Assembly: GCA_017432425.1 (NCBI GenBank)
Contig: JAFRJE010000010.1
Span: 11,065-75,064 of the forward strand
DNA: 64,000 nt
Direction of reading: 5' to 3'
Source of the DNA: Candidatus Saccharimonadota bacterium
GTDB lineage: Bacteria > Patescibacteriota > Saccharimonadia > Saccharimonadales > Saccharimonadaceae
Shown: in pieces, positions 1 to 10,215 of the stretch
Layout of the letters: every line of letters starts with the position of its first letter
How positions within the stretch are numbered: position 1 is the first letter of the stretch
Notes under the pieces: generated by a model
Database searches by the model: none
What the model was told of the DNA's origin: nothing
What the model saw: only the letters and a program-made list of their open reading frames with translations
Program-made: the position numbers and the translations under genes

Positions 1-2
1 AA

Positions 3-593
3 AACGGTTCCGGAAAAACAACTCTAATTAAACTTATTAACGACCTCCTGACTCCGAGCGAGGGGGAAGTTCTAATTAAAGGGAAAAAGCCCGGAATCGA
101 ATCGAAAAAAATCGTTTCCTATCTTCCCGAGCGAACTTATCTCGATAAATCTTTAACCGTAAAAACCGCAATCAAAGAATTTGCCGACTTCTATCCAGAT
201 TTTAGTTTTAAAAAAGCTAAAAAACTTTTAACCCAACTTGAACTCGACGAAAACCAAAAAATCCTGAAAATGTCGAAAGGTATGCAGGAAAAGCTTCAGC
301 TTCTCCTCGTCATGTCCCGCCGCGCCGAACTTTATATTCTCGACGAGCCATTTTCTGGCGTTGACCCGGCGACGCGCGACGATATTCTCGACCTTATTCT
401 CGAAAACTTTGAAGAAAATTCGAGTTTAGTAATTTCTACGCACCTAATTTCCGACGTTGAGCGCATTCTCGACGAAGTCATTTTTATTAAAAACGGCGAA
501 ATCGTTGAATTTTCTAACGCCGAAAAATTGCGCGAAAAAGAAAACGCTTCGATTGACGAAATTTTTAGAAGGAGATTTAAAAATGCTAAATAA
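3..593 (+). CDS. ABC transporter ATP-binding protein (5' end outside window)
   Basis: Frame is open from the window edge. NGSGKTTLIKLIN Walker A at 3-41, MSKGMQEKL signature-like motif, LYILDEPFSGVD Walker B, STH switch His. Stop TAA at 591-593. Confidence 0.85.
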   Translation, partial: NGSGKTTLIKLINDLLTPSEGEVLIKGKKPGIESKKIVSYLPERTYLDKSLTVKTAIKEFADFYPDFSFKKAKKLLTQLELDENQKILKMSKGMQEKLQLLLVMSRRAELYILDEPFSGVDPATRDDILDLILENFEENSSLVISTHLISDVERILDEVIFIKNGEIVEFSNAEKLREKENASIDEIFRRRFKNAK

Positions 594-1365
594 ACTAATT
601 AAAATCGATTTACGTTCAACTCTAAAAATCGCTCCGATTCTTTTTGGAATTGGCTTTTTCTTCGCTCTCGTCTCATTTTTCTTTTCCAAATTTGGCGACT
701 CGACAATCGCGGAAGTTATTGCCGACATTTCAAAAAACTTTGCGCTTTCTTTCGCAATTTCCGGATTTATTAACGTCGTTACTCGCGCGATTGGCGTGTT
801 TTGGAAAAAACTTTATAGCGACGAAAGTTATTTAACCCATACCCTCCCGCTCTCGAAAAAAACGATTTATCTCTCAAAAACTCTCGCGACGATTTATAGT
901 TCGCTTATTGCGCTCTTCGTTGCGTTCATTATTCTCGTGGTTAATTATAATCTATTTGAAAATTTTGACGCTCTAAAAAACTTTATCGAAGCGACCGCGG
1001 GCGTTACGGGCGGAAACGTTGTCGAATTTCTCGTCCTAATTATTCTAGTTTTCTTTTTCGAAATGACGACTTTAATTTCTGTCGCTTTCTGTGTAATTAT
1101 TTTACGACATTCCACAACCAACTTAAAAGCGACTCTCCTTTCCGCCGGAAGCTATTTAGCGATTCAGGCCATCTTCCTCCTCAGCTTGTTCTTAATCGGG
1201 CTGTTTAATCCGGAAGTTATGGAGCTGTTTAAAAACTCAGATTCAGTTTCCGCCGACAGCATGAAAATAATTTTCTATACCGCCATAATCGTTTATGGTC
1301 TTGCGACCGTAGTTATGAATTGTCGGAACATTAAACTTCTCGAAAAAGGCGTCAACGTCGCGTAG
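583..1365 (+). CDS. ABC-2-type transporter permease (multi-pass membrane protein)
   Basis: ATG 583 follows AGGAGA and overlaps the ATPase stop. Several hydrophobic TM segments. Sits directly after the ABC ATPase. The 457-582 extension in the ORF track overlaps the ATPase gene and is rejected. Confidence 0.6.
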   Translation: MLNKLIKIDLRSTLKIAPILFGIGFFFALVSFFFSKFGDSTIAEVIADISKNFALSFAISGFINVVTRAIGVFWKKLYSDESYLTHTLPLSKKTIYLSKTLATIYSSLIALFVAFIILVVNYNLFENFDALKNFIEATAGVTGGNVVEFLVLIILVFFFEMTTLISVAFCVIILRHSTTNLKATLLSAGSYLAIQAIFLLSLFLIGLFNPEVMELFKNSDSVSADSMKIIFYTAIIVYGLATVVMNCRNIKLLEKGVNVA

Positions 1366-1408
1366 AAATTTAGTATAATAGTTTCATAAGAATTAAAAAG
1401 GAATTTTT

Positions 1409-2011
1409 ATGAAACGAGAAAAATTAAGTGAGATAATCTCGGCGATAGTTCTGTTTTTCGTCGGGGTTCTTCTCTTTGTTTATTCGGATAAAATTTTAGA
1501 TTGGATTTCTGTTATTCTTGGCGCTCTCGCAATCGCTTACGCCGTTATTACTCTCCTCTCCCATATCTCCGCCAAGCCGAAAGACCGTCGCGAAGTTTCG
1601 ATTTTTCTTATCGTTCTCGCCGCCGCGACTGGAATCGTTTTGATTTCGAAATCAACTTTCCTCCGCGAGATGATTTCTTTTATTGTTGGAATTTATATTA
1701 TTCTAACTTCCGCGCTCCAGCTCTCTCTAATTCTCGACTTTAAACGTTTAACCGGCGTTATGATTAGATCGATTATTCTTCCGATTGTCGGCATTATCCT
1801 CGGCGCGCTCTGCGTTTCTGGCGATTTGCTTGTCCCTGACGCTTTGACTAAATATACTGGTATTCTTCTCGCGATTTATAGTATAATTGACATTGTCTCG
1901 ATTTTACTCTTTTCTCATGCCGAGAAGACAGTAAAAACCCACGCCAAAATCCAAGAAGGCGAGATTGTTTCCGAACCCTCGAAGTCCGAAAAGAAATCGA
2001 CAAAGAAGTAA
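1409..2011 (+). CDS. Integral membrane protein, possibly HdeD/DUF308-like
   Basis: 200 aa with about six hydrophobic helices and a Lys/Ser-rich tail. SD-like AAAGGAA upstream. The family assignment is only a resemblance. Confidence 0.5.
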   Translation: MKREKLSEIISAIVLFFVGVLLFVYSDKILDWISVILGALAIAYAVITLLSHISAKPKDRREVSIFLIVLAAATGIVLISKSTFLREMISFIVGIYIILTSALQLSLILDFKRLTGVMIRSIILPIVGIILGALCVSGDLLVPDALTKYTGILLAIYSIIDIVSILLFSHAEKTVKTHAKIQEGEIVSEPSKSEKKSTKK

Positions 2012-2029
2012 AATATATAAGGAGTAAAA

Positions 2030-3304
2030 ATGGCTAAAAATCCCCGCTTAATTTTAATTACGAACCCTGGTTCAAGTTCCCGAAAATACGCGCTCTACCG
2101 CGAAGATGAACTGCTTTGCTCGCTCCACTTTGAGTTTGAGAAGAAAAAAGTCGTCTGTACTTTAAAGCGCGCCGACGAAACCAAGAAAAAAATCGCAACC
2201 GACGCGAAAGATTTAACTTCGACTGTCGGAATCTTAAACCAGATTCTGACCGACGAGGGATATCTCGGCGGCGTCTCAAAAATCGACGCTATTCTTGCTC
2301 GTATTGTTGCGACTGGCGAATATTTTACGCATGACCACCTCGTCGACAAAGAATGTTTGAAGAACCTCGAAATTGCTAAAAAGCGTACTCCGCTTCACGT
2401 CCCTGTTGTCGCGAACGAAATCGAAGCGTTTGTTAAGGAGTTTAAAGGAACTCCCGTCATCGCGATTTCCGACTCCGCTTTCCATTCCGACCGTCCGGAG
2501 TTAATGAAATATTATGCAATCGACAAAGAACTTGCTGATAAAGCGGAAATTAAACGCTACGGCGCGCACGGACTTTCCGTCGGCTCAATCGTAAAGTATA
2601 TGGAAAAAGCCGAAATCCTCCCCGAAAAGTTAATTGTTTGCCATCTCGGCTCCGGCTCTTCGATTACTGCCGTCTATAAAGGCAAGTCCCATGATACTAC
2701 GATGGGCTATACCCCGCTTGAGGGCGTTATGATGTCGACTCGAACCGGCTCAATCGACGCCGCCGCCGCGCTCGCCATCAAACGCGCCTTAAAGATTAAA
2801 GACGACGAAGAACTTGAAGAATACTTAAATAAAAAATGCGGACTTCTCGGCGTTTCCGGCTCGACCGACGATATGCGCGAGATTATTCGTCTTCGCGACG
2901 AGGGCGACGATCGCGGCAGCTTCGCCCACGCGCTCTTTGTCTACCGAATCCAAAGTGCAATCGGTCAAATGGCGGCTTCGCTTGGTGGCGTCGACGCAAT
3001 CGTCTATACCGCAACGATCGGCGAACGCTCCGACGAAATCAGAAAATGCGTCTCCCAAAAACTCGGCTACCTCGGCTTCGAACTCGACAATACGAAAAAC
3101 GAATCCGAACTCGAAAATCGCCATGAAAACATTGCTTCCGAAAACTCAAAGCCGATTTACGTTATTCGAACCGACGAATTTGAGGAGATGATTCGTCGCG
3201 CGAAAGTTGTTCTTGACGGCGAAACTTGCAACTGTGGTTGTGGCGACGAATGTAAATGTGGCGACGATTGTGATTGTAAAAAGTCTTGCGACTGTAAAAA
3301 ATAA
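2030..3304 (+). CDS. ackA: Acetate kinase with C-terminal Cys-rich (metallothionein-like) tail
   Basis: Acetate/propionate kinase motifs: ITNPGSSSRKYALY, ISDSAFHSD, CHLGSGSSITA, TMGYTPLEGVMMSTRTGSID, TATIGERS. AAGGAG SD upstream. Last 25 aa are CNCGCGDECKCGDDCDCKKSCDCKK. Confidence 0.88.
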   Translation: MAKNPRLILITNPGSSSRKYALYREDELLCSLHFEFEKKKVVCTLKRADETKKKIATDAKDLTSTVGILNQILTDEGYLGGVSKIDAILARIVATGEYFTHDHLVDKECLKNLEIAKKRTPLHVPVVANEIEAFVKEFKGTPVIAISDSAFHSDRPELMKYYAIDKELADKAEIKRYGAHGLSVGSIVKYMEKAEILPEKLIVCHLGSGSSITAVYKGKSHDTTMGYTPLEGVMMSTRTGSIDAAAALAIKRALKIKDDEELEEYLNKKCGLLGVSGSTDDMREIIRLRDEGDDRGSFAHALFVYRIQSAIGQMAASLGGVDAIVYTATIGERSDEIRKCVSQKLGYLGFELDNTKNESELENRHENIASENSKPIYVIRTDEFEEMIRRAKVVLDGETCNCGCGDECKCGDDCDCKKSCDCKK

Positions 3305-3888
3305 TGAAAGATTTTTTAAAACAAGTCAGCGACCAGGAAACTAAAAAACTTTTAGAACTAGCGACGCTCGCCCTCGAAACGGAGGGCGACTTCGTCGAAT
3401 TGGGCTGTTACCGCGGCGACACTTCGCTCCTTCTCGAAAAACTAATCGAAAACTCGAAAAAATCGAAAAAACTTTGGCTCTACGATTCTTTCGCCGGTCT
3501 TCCCGAAAAAACTAAAGAAGACGCCTCTGTCGCCGGCGACGAATTTAAGGCGAGCGAACTTTTTGTTTCGAAACGCGAAGTCGTCGAACGTTTTAAAAAA
3601 ACCGGTCTAAAACTTCCGGTTATTAAAAAGAATTTTTTTGAAAACTTAAATCCCGAAACCGACCTGCCGGAAAAAATCGCTTTCGCTTTTCTAGACGGCG
3701 ATTTATATTCCTCAATAAAAACCTCCCTCTCCCTCGTCACTCCGAAACTCTCAGATCGGGGAATTATGCTTGTCCACGATTACAATAATCCAAAACTCCC
3801 CGGACCCGCTCGCGCCGTCGACGAATTTTTAAACAAAAACCCGAATTTTCGGCTTAATCTTTTCGAGACCCTCGCGATTATTTCGTAA
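3304..3888 (+). CDS. Class I SAM-dependent methyltransferase (TylF/MycF-like)
   Basis: ELGCYRGDTS glycine-rich loop, FAFLDGDLY and VHDY motifs resemble macrocin-O-methyltransferase-type enzymes. The start overlaps the ackA stop (TAATG). Confidence 0.6.
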   Translation: MKDFLKQVSDQETKKLLELATLALETEGDFVELGCYRGDTSLLLEKLIENSKKSKKLWLYDSFAGLPEKTKEDASVAGDEFKASELFVSKREVVERFKKTGLKLPVIKKNFFENLNPETDLPEKIAFAFLDGDLYSSIKTSLSLVTPKLSDRGIMLVHDYNNPKLPGPARAVDEFLNKNPNFRLNLFETLAIIS

Positions 3889-4442
3889 TTTTTCGAACTC
3901 GCTCAAGTAACAAATTCGTTTCTTTTTTCTCTTCCAGTTTCGTAATCGCGAAACTCTTTTCGCCCGCGTCTTTTAACGACGCGCCGATATGATAAAATTC
4001 CTCTCGGTCTAAAATCAACAACCGGTCGTGAAAATCGCTCGTCTTATATATTTTTAGCTCCGGATATTCCGAGTTAAACTTCCGAATTTCGTTTAAAGAT
4101 AATTTCGTTGACGGCAACGTTAAAACAGAAACCAAAACTCCCGCCCGTTTCGCTCGGAAATAGCTCTCGATATTCGTCTTTCGTTAAACGAAAACGGAAG
4201 TCGTCCGGAAACCGCTCCCTATTCCGGGTCGCTAACTTGTTTAAAGTCTCCGCCTCAATCCGATAAAGTTTTGCTAAATCAAAATCAAACACTACCGGAC
4301 GTCCGTGAATAATATGAATCAAATCCGCGATGTTTGTCTTGCTTGTCGGAGAAATTTCTCGGTCAATTGCTATAATATATATTATAACATAAAACTTTCT
4401 AAAATAAAACACTACCAGATTTTGACTTAGCACTGTTGACAA
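3878..4442 (-). pseudogene. ORF6N/KilA-N-type DNA-binding protein, split by a frameshift
   Basis: ORF 4074-4442 carries the ORF6N core (IHGRPVVFDFDLAKLYRIEAETLNKLATRNRERFPDDFRFRLTKDEY). ORF 3878-4135 carries the usual C-terminal module (DRLLILDREEFYHIGASLKDAGEKSFAITKL). Both frames are open across 4074-4183. Confidence 0.55.
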
Positions 4443-4453
4443 ACGAGTGCTAG
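4427..4453. promoter_or_regulatory. CIRCE operator (HrcA binding site), dnaK copy 1
   Basis: TTAGCACTG-N9-GAGTGCTAG versus consensus TTAGCACTC-N9-GAGTGCTAA. Confidence 0.8.
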
Positions 4454-4475
4454 TTTGCTACCATAATAGTAGAAA

Positions 4476-4502
4476 CTAGCACTCACATAATAAGACTGCT
4501 AA
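4476..4502. promoter_or_regulatory. CIRCE operator (HrcA binding site), dnaK copy 2
   Basis: CTAGCACTC-N9-GACTGCTAA, 14 nt upstream of the dnaK ATG and overlapping the leader. Confidence 0.75.
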
Positions 4503-4516
4503 CGAAAGGAGAAAAT

Positions 4517-6403
4517 ATGTCAAAAATCATTGGAATTGACCTCGGAACAACTAACTCGGCGTTTGCCTATATGGTTGCCGGAAAACCAGAAGTTATCACT
4601 AACAGCGAGGGCGACCGAACTACCCCTTCGGTCGTTGCGGTAACAAAAAAAGGCGACCGACTCGTCGGGAAAGTTGCCCAGCGTCAGCGCGTAACGAACC
4701 CAAAAAACACGATTTATGGTATTAAACGCTTAATCGGGCGCAAATTCTCCGATAAAGAAGTTCAAAAAGACCTCGATATCATGCCCTATAAAATCGTCGA
4801 AAAAGGTTCTGGCGTTGCGGTCGAAATGGACGAGAAAAAATATACCCCAGAACAAATCTCCGCGATGGTTCTCTCAAAAATCAAAGCCGACGCCGAGGCG
4901 TTTCTTGGCGAAAAGGTAACGGAAGCAATTATTACCGTCCCAGCTTATTTCGACGATTCCCAGCGCCAAGCAACTAAAGACGCCGGAAAAATTGCCGGTC
5001 TCGAAGTAAAACGAATTATTCCGGAACCGACTGCCGCGGCGCTTGCTTACGGGCTTAATAAAAAAGATGATGAAAAAATTGCCGTTTTCGACCTCGGCGG
5101 TGGAACGTTTGACGTTTCGATTCTCGAACTTGGCGACGGCGTTTTCGAAGTAAAAGCGACTAACGGCGATACCCATCTCGGCGGGGAAGATTTCGATAAT
5201 ATTATTGTCAATTATCTCTGCGACGAGTTCAAAAAAGAATCCGGCGTCGATATTAAAGGCGACGCGGCGGCGATGCAACGCATCAAAGACGAAGCCGAAA
5301 AAGCGAAAAAGGAACTCTCCTCCGCGACTTCGACCGACATTAACCTCCCGTTCTTAACCGCTGACGCTGACGGTCCGAAACATTTTGAACATACCCTAAC
5401 TCGCGCGAAACTCGAAGAACTTGTTGCGCCTCTCCTCGATCGTCTCGAAGAACCAGTTAGAAAGGCCCTAAAAGACGCAAAACTTTCCGAAAAAGATATT
5501 AACGAAGTCGTCATGGTCGGCGGTATGACTCGTATGCCGGCGGTCGTCGAAAAAGTTAAAAAGATTTTCGGCAAAGACCCGATGCAGGGCGTCAATCCGG
5601 ACGAAGTCGTTGCGGTCGGCGCGGCGATTGAGGGCGGCGTTCTTCAGGGCGACGTTAAAGACGTTCTCCTTCTCGACGTTACTCCGCTTTCTCTCGGAAT
5701 CGAAACCATGGGCGGCGTTTGCACAAAGTTAATTGATCGCAACACGACCATCCCAACCTCAAAGTCCCAAGTTTTCTCGACTGCCGCCGATAATCAGCCC
5801 CAGGTCGAAATTCACGTTCTCCAAGGCGAACGCGAAATGGCGAACGACAACAAATCTCTCGGTCGCTTTATCCTCGACGGAATCGCCCCCGCCCCGCGCG
5901 GTATTCCTCAAATCGAAGTTACTTTCAACCTCGACGCGAACGGGATTTTGAACGTTACCGCGAAAGACAAGGGAACGGGGAAAGAGCAGTCCATTACAAT
6001 CCAAAACTCCGGAAATATGTCTAAGGAAGATATTGAAAAGGCTCAAAAAGAAGCCGAGCTCCACGCCGACGAAGACAAAAAACGTCGCGAAGCCGTCGAT
6101 GCTCGTAATGTTCTCGAAAACAAAGTCTATCAGTTCGAAAAAATGCCGGACGAATATAAAGACAAAATCTCCGACGAAGATAAAGAAACGATTAAAAAAG
6201 CCTGCGACGCTGCGAAAGAAGTCTTAAAAGACGAAACCGCCGACAAAGAAAAGCTCGAAGCTGCGACGAAAGATCTCGACAATCGTATTATGCCAATCGG
6301 CGCAAAACTCTATCAACAAACTTCTTCCGACGCCTCCGCCTCTTCTGATTCTTCCGAGAAAAAAGACGACGATGACGCTGTCGAAGGAGAAGTAGTTAAA
6401 TAA
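4517..6403 (+). CDS. dnaK: Chaperone DnaK (Hsp70)
   Basis: [28 protein letters not shown] and an acidic C-terminal tail. AAAGGAG SD upstream. Confidence 0.97.
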   Translation: MSKIIGIDLGTTNSAFAYMVAGKPEVITNSEGDRTTPSVVAVTKKGDRLVGKVAQRQRVTNPKNTIYGIKRLIGRKFSDKEVQKDLDIMPYKIVEKGSGVAVEMDEKKYTPEQISAMVLSKIKADAEAFLGEKVTEAIITVPAYFDDSQRQATKDAGKIAGLEVKRIIPEPTAAALAYGLNKKDDEKIAVFDLGGGTFDVSILELGDGVFEVKATNGDTHLGGEDFDNIIVNYLCDEFKKESGVDIKGDAAAMQRIKDEAEKAKKELSSATSTDINLPFLTADADGPKHFEHTLTRAKLEELVAPLLDRLEEPVRKALKDAKLSEKDINEVVMVGGMTRMPAVVEKVKKIFGKDPMQGVNPDEVVAVGAAIEGGVLQGDVKDVLLLDVTPLSLGIETMGGVCTKLIDRNTTIPTSKSQVFSTAADNQPQVEIHVLQGEREMANDNKSLGRFILDGIAPAPRGIPQIEVTFNLDANGILNVTAKDKGTGKEQSITIQNSGNMSKEDIEKAQKEAELHADEDKKRREAVDARNVLENKVYQFEKMPDEYKDKISDEDKETIKKACDAAKEVLKDETADKEKLEAATKDLDNRIMPIGAKLYQQTSSDASASSDSSEKKDDDDAVEGEVVK

Positions 6404-6417
6404 AAAACCATAAAAAT

Positions 6418-6443
6418 AGCCCCCGAAAGGGGGTTATTTTTTT
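6418..6443. terminator. Bidirectional intrinsic terminator between dnaK and 6449-6748
   Basis: CCCCC-GAAA-GGGGG hairpin with an A-run on one side and a T-run on the other. Confidence 0.7.
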
Positions 6444-6448
6444 ATTCT

Positions 6449-6748
6449 CTATTGTTGATTGAACGGCGGCTGAATCGGCGGTTGTTGAACTGGCGGCGTA
6501 TTCATTTCCATCGGCGCCCCACTTAAAAACGAACTTTCTTTCTTCGCTTTTTTCATTTGAATCAACGCCAAAACTCCGACGACAACTCCCGCTAAAATCA
6601 ACCCAACCCCAACTATCGTCCCGACGTTCCCCGAAGCTAGACTCGTATTATTTTCTTCTTCAACGACTGCTTCGGTTTCCTCAACAACCAACCCCTCCTC
6701 CGTCTCGGTCTCCGAATCAACCCACTCTGTATCTAATGTTTCGTCCAT
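6449..6748 (-). CDS. Small single-pass membrane protein, hypothetical
   Basis: Acidic N-terminus, one TM helix (IVGVGLILAGVVVGVLALI), Pro/Gln-rich C-terminus. TGGTATAAT then AAGGAGG upstream on the minus strand. Confidence 0.6.
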   Translation of the reverse strand: MDETLDTEWVDSETETEEGLVVEETEAVVEEENNTSLASGNVGTIVGVGLILAGVVVGVLALIQMKKAKKESSFLSGAPMEMNTPPVQQPPIQPPFNQQ

Positions 6749-6780
6749 TAACCTCCTTTTCTCCTATTATACCATAACCA

Positions 6781-7842
6781 CTATGACTTTTTCCGGACTT
6801 TTTCTAAATGTTCTTTCGCTTTTAGAGTTACTAACCTCCCCCTCGGCGTCCGCTCCAACATTCCAAGCTGTAATAAATATGGTTCATAATAATCCTCAAT
6901 CGTCGACGGCTCATCTCCCGTTAGCGCCGCAATTGTCGCCAGTCCAACCGGTCTATCCCCATAATTATCTAACATCAACTCCAACATGTTCCTGTCCGCC
7001 GGATCCAGCCCTAACTCATCAACCTCCATCATCAAAAGCGCGTCCTCCGCGGTTTTTTTATCAATAATTCCATCCCCGTTTACGTCCGCATAATCCCGAA
7101 CCCGCTTAAACAACCTATTCGCAATCCTCGGCGTTAATCGCGAACGCGTCGAAAGCAGTGCTGTCGCTTCTGGCGAAATTTCCGTTTTTAAAATCCCTGC
7201 CGTCCGCGCGATAATTTGTTCAATTTCTTTTTCGCGGTAATATTCTAAACGGTGGATAATCCCGAACCTGTCTCGAAGTGGGCCGGCTAACGCTCCCGTT
7301 CGCGTCGTCGCCCCAATTACCGTAAATTTCGGCAAATCGAGTCGAACTGATCTCGCTGCCGGACCCTTCCCAATCACAATATCTAGCTTATAATCCTCCA
7401 TCGCCGAATAAAGAATTTCCTCGACCGTCCGTCTCAAACGATGAATTTCGTCAATAAAGAGTACATCTCCCGGCTGGAGATTCGTTAAAATCGACGCCAA
7501 ATCCCCCGCCCGCTCAATCGCCGGCCCCGAAGTTACGCGTAAATTCGCGTTCATTTCGTGCGCAATCACGTTCGCCATCGTCGTTTTTCCCAATCCTGGC
7601 GGGCCATACAAAAGCACATGGTCAAGCGCCGTCCCGTCATTTCGTTTCTTAACTGCGTCAATCGCAAGTTTTAAATTCGACTTTAGCCGCTCCTGTCCGA
7701 TATATGACTTAAAATCAACCGGTCGCAGCGAAACCTCAATCTCGGACTCCTCCGCGTCCGCCTCGTTTAATTTCGAGTCAACCAACCTCTCCTTTTTCGG
7801 TAAAGCCGCCCCCTCCTCCTTAAAACTTCTCTGAATGCTCAT
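6781..7842 (-). CDS. ruvB: Holliday junction branch migration helicase RuvB
   Basis: [12 protein letters not shown] Walker A, LFIDEIHR Walker B, RuvB winged-helix C-terminus. Confidence 0.95.
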   Translation of the reverse strand: MSIQRSFKEEGAALPKKERLVDSKLNEADAEESEIEVSLRPVDFKSYIGQERLKSNLKLAIDAVKKRNDGTALDHVLLYGPPGLGKTTMANVIAHEMNANLRVTSGPAIERAGDLASILTNLQPGDVLFIDEIHRLRRTVEEILYSAMEDYKLDIVIGKGPAARSVRLDLPKFTVIGATTRTGALAGPLRDRFGIIHRLEYYREKEIEQIIARTAGILKTEISPEATALLSTRSRLTPRIANRLFKRVRDYADVNGDGIIDKKTAEDALLMMEVDELGLDPADRNMLELMLDNYGDRPVGLATIAALTGDEPSTIEDYYEPYLLQLGMLERTPRGRLVTLKAKEHLEKVRKKS

Positions 7843-7923
7843 TCTATCTAGAATTATACCATAAAACTCTGCGGGGCTTTTTCCTGTTCTGAATTTTTGT
7901 TATACTATTAAAAAGGAGTTTTT

Positions 7924-8466
7924 ATGGAATTAAAAAAGAACAGTAAAACCTGGAAAAATCTCGAATATGCTTTCGCTGGCGAGTCCCAGGCTCATACCAA
8001 ATACCAATATTTCGCTTCCCAAGCGAAAAAAGACGGCTATGAACAAATTTCTGAAATTTTTCTCGAAACCGCCGGAAACGAAAAAGAACACGCTAAAATG
8101 TGGTATAAATATCTCCATGACGGAAAAGTTGGCTCGACTAAAGAAAACTTAACTGCTGCTGCGGCTGGCGAAAATGCCGAATGGACAGATATGTACAAAA
8201 AATTCGCCGAAGAAGCTCGCGAAGAGGGTTATGAAGAAATCGCGCAGAAATTTGAAGGCGTCGCCAATGTCGAAAAAGAACATGAAGCTCGCTTCCTTAA
8301 ACTCCGCGACAATATCGAAAACGATGTCGTCTTCAAGTCGGATAAGGTAACCGTCTGGAAATGCCGTAACTGTGGTCACATTTTCGTCGGCGAAGAAGCG
8401 CCAGAACTCTGCCCAGTCTGCGCCCACCCCCGCTCCTACTTCGAAATCAAAGCCAATAACTACTAG
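7924..8466 (+). CDS. Rubrerythrin
   Basis: Ferritin-like di-iron helices (E..H motifs) followed by a C-terminal rubredoxin-type CRNC...CPVC. AAAGGAG SD upstream. Confidence 0.9.
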   Translation: MELKKNSKTWKNLEYAFAGESQAHTKYQYFASQAKKDGYEQISEIFLETAGNEKEHAKMWYKYLHDGKVGSTKENLTAAAAGENAEWTDMYKKFAEEAREEGYEEIAQKFEGVANVEKEHEARFLKLRDNIENDVVFKSDKVTVWKCRNCGHIFVGEEAPELCPVCAHPRSYFEIKANNY

Positions 8467-8500
8467 AATTTTACTGAATTTATGATATAATTATCCTAAT

Positions 8501-9202
8501 ATGTCTGGACACTCAAAATGGGCAACGACTAAACGTCAAAAAGCCGTCGTTGACGCGAAACGCGGCGCCCTCTTTACCAAAATCGGCAATCAAATTGCCA
8601 TCGCCGCTCGCGCCGGTACCGACCCGAATATGAACCCAAGCCTCGCGATGGTACTTGAAAAAGCGCGCCTCGCGAATATGCCAAAAGCAAACATCGAACG
8701 CGCAATCGCTCGCGTCGCCGATAAATCCGCCGCCGCATTAATCGAAGAAACTTACGAAGCCTACGGTCCTGGCGGAACCGGAATCATTATTGAAGTCGCA
8801 ACCGACAATAAAAACCGAACGATGCCCGAAGTTCGTCATACGCTCGACAAAAACGGCGGTCGCATGGCTGACCCTGGCTCGGTCATGTTCCAATTCTCCC
8901 GTAAAGGCGTTATCTTTACTCCCGATAAATCCGAAGATAACCTCCTCCTCGCTCTCGACGCCGGCGCCGAAGACGCTGAAGAAGTCGAAGACGGTCTCGA
9001 AATTATTACCTCTTCTTCTGATTTAATGAAAGTTCGCGAGAAACTTGCCGAACAGGGAATCAACGTCGAATCTGCCGAGCTAAAATATCTCCCGACTTCG
9101 ACTGTCCCCGTCGAGGGCGAAACGGAAGAAAAGCTCGAAAAACTTCTCGACGCAATCGACGAGCTCGACGATGTAACCGCCGTTCATACTAATGCCGCAT
9201 AA
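8501..9202 (+). CDS. yebC: YebC/PmpR family transcriptional regulator
   Basis: MSGHSKWATTKRQKAVVDAKRG is the hallmark N-terminus. TATAAT at 8486-8491 lies 9 nt from the ATG. Confidence 0.9.
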   Translation: MSGHSKWATTKRQKAVVDAKRGALFTKIGNQIAIAARAGTDPNMNPSLAMVLEKARLANMPKANIERAIARVADKSAAALIEETYEAYGPGGTGIIIEVATDNKNRTMPEVRHTLDKNGGRMADPGSVMFQFSRKGVIFTPDKSEDNLLLALDAGAEDAEEVEDGLEIITSSSDLMKVREKLAEQGINVESAELKYLPTSTVPVEGETEEKLEKLLDAIDELDDVTAVHTNAA

Positions 9203-9221
9203 AAATAAGGAGGGCTAAATT

Positions 9222-9803
9222 ATGAAAACTTCTCTCGCGCGCATTCGCCATGCTCGTTCAAAGCAAGAATTTCCTTTCTTGCCTCTCGAAGAGGGCGAAT
9301 ATGTCGAACTTGCTTTGACTCGCTCAAAACTCGGTCTTGTTCTAATTTGGGGCGGCGTTGCTATTGCGCTCCTCGGGATCATTCTCTTCGCGACTATAAT
9401 TTCCTCCTCCCTCTCCGCGAGTTCTCTCGGCGGGATCCCCAACTCTGCGATGCCCTACTTTTTCATGTTAATTATTTCTTTAAGCCTTGCTCTCGTCGTC
9501 GCGGGTGTTGTTGGTATGAAAATCTATAACGGTAACTCCCTTTTCGTAACCAACAAACGCATTTTCCAAAACACCATGACCGGACTCTTCGCTCGTTCCT
9601 CAAACGTAATCGAACTTTATCGAATCGAAGACGTCTCCTTTAAACAATCCGGAATCTTCGACTATCTTTTTAAAATCGGAACTATTCGTATGTCGACCGT
9701 CGGCGACGAAACGACCTATACTTTCCCGTTCGTCGATACCCCGACCGACGAAGTCGAAATGATTGCCCACCTAATTCATCTCTCAAAAGACCGCAATTCC
9801 TAG
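9222..9803 (+). CDS. Membrane protein with bacterial PH domain (YdbS/DUF304-like)
   Basis: Two TM helices, then FVTNKRIF...ELYRIEDVSFKQSGIFDYLFKIGTIRMST, typical of bPH_2 domains. Confidence 0.6.
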   Translation: MKTSLARIRHARSKQEFPFLPLEEGEYVELALTRSKLGLVLIWGGVAIALLGIILFATIISSSLSASSLGGIPNSAMPYFFMLIISLSLALVVAGVVGMKIYNGNSLFVTNKRIFQNTMTGLFARSSNVIELYRIEDVSFKQSGIFDYLFKIGTIRMSTVGDETTYTFPFVDTPTDEVEMIAHLIHLSKDRNS

Positions 9804-9806
9804 AAT

Positions 9807-10196
9807 CTAGTTTCTATTTTTCTTAACGTAAGTGTCTTCTTTTTCAAGTTCCGCTCTTAGCGTATATTCTTTGCATTTTCCGTCCTTACAAGACAACGGT
9901 TCATAAGAATACGAACTAAAATCTGTTCCAAAATAATATCCAAGCGGGTCAGTAAACAACGCTGGGTCAATCACAGTCAAAACTTTTTCGGAAATTTCTT
10001 CCGGATAATAACCGTGTTCCGGATAAAACCCTTCCTCGAGCGCATAGTACATTGCGTTAATCGCGGTTTTTCTTTTCTCGTCTCGGTTCATCGCGTCAAC
10101 GTTCGACTTTTGAACAAAAAACAATACCAACGCCAGCGAAGCAAACGCCGCGACAATTATAATTTCTAAAACCGTAAAACCTTTTTTCGTTTTCAT
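9807..10196 (-). CDS. Type IV pilin-like (prepilin N-terminal cleavage/methylation) protein
   Basis: MKTKKGFTVLEIIIVAAF matches the G/FTLxE prepilin signal. The longer ORF to 10295 runs through the tRNA-Ser gene, so ATG 10196 is preferred. Confidence 0.65.
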   Translation of the reverse strand: MKTKKGFTVLEIIIVAAFASLALVLFFVQKSNVDAMNRDEKRKTAINAMYYALEEGFYPEHGYYPEEISEKVLTVIDPALFTDPLGYYFGTDFSSYSYEPLSCKDGKCKEYTLRAELEKEDTYVKKNRN

Positions 10197-10215
10197 CAAA
10201 ATATTTTTAGTTATT

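Noticed and set aside
7871-7882. Third copy of GCGGGGCTTTTT in the ruvB/rubrerythrin divergent spacer, considered as part of the island repeat family.
   Set aside because: No complementary 5' arm lies nearby, and only 12 nt are shared. It is probably chance, or an isolated remnant.
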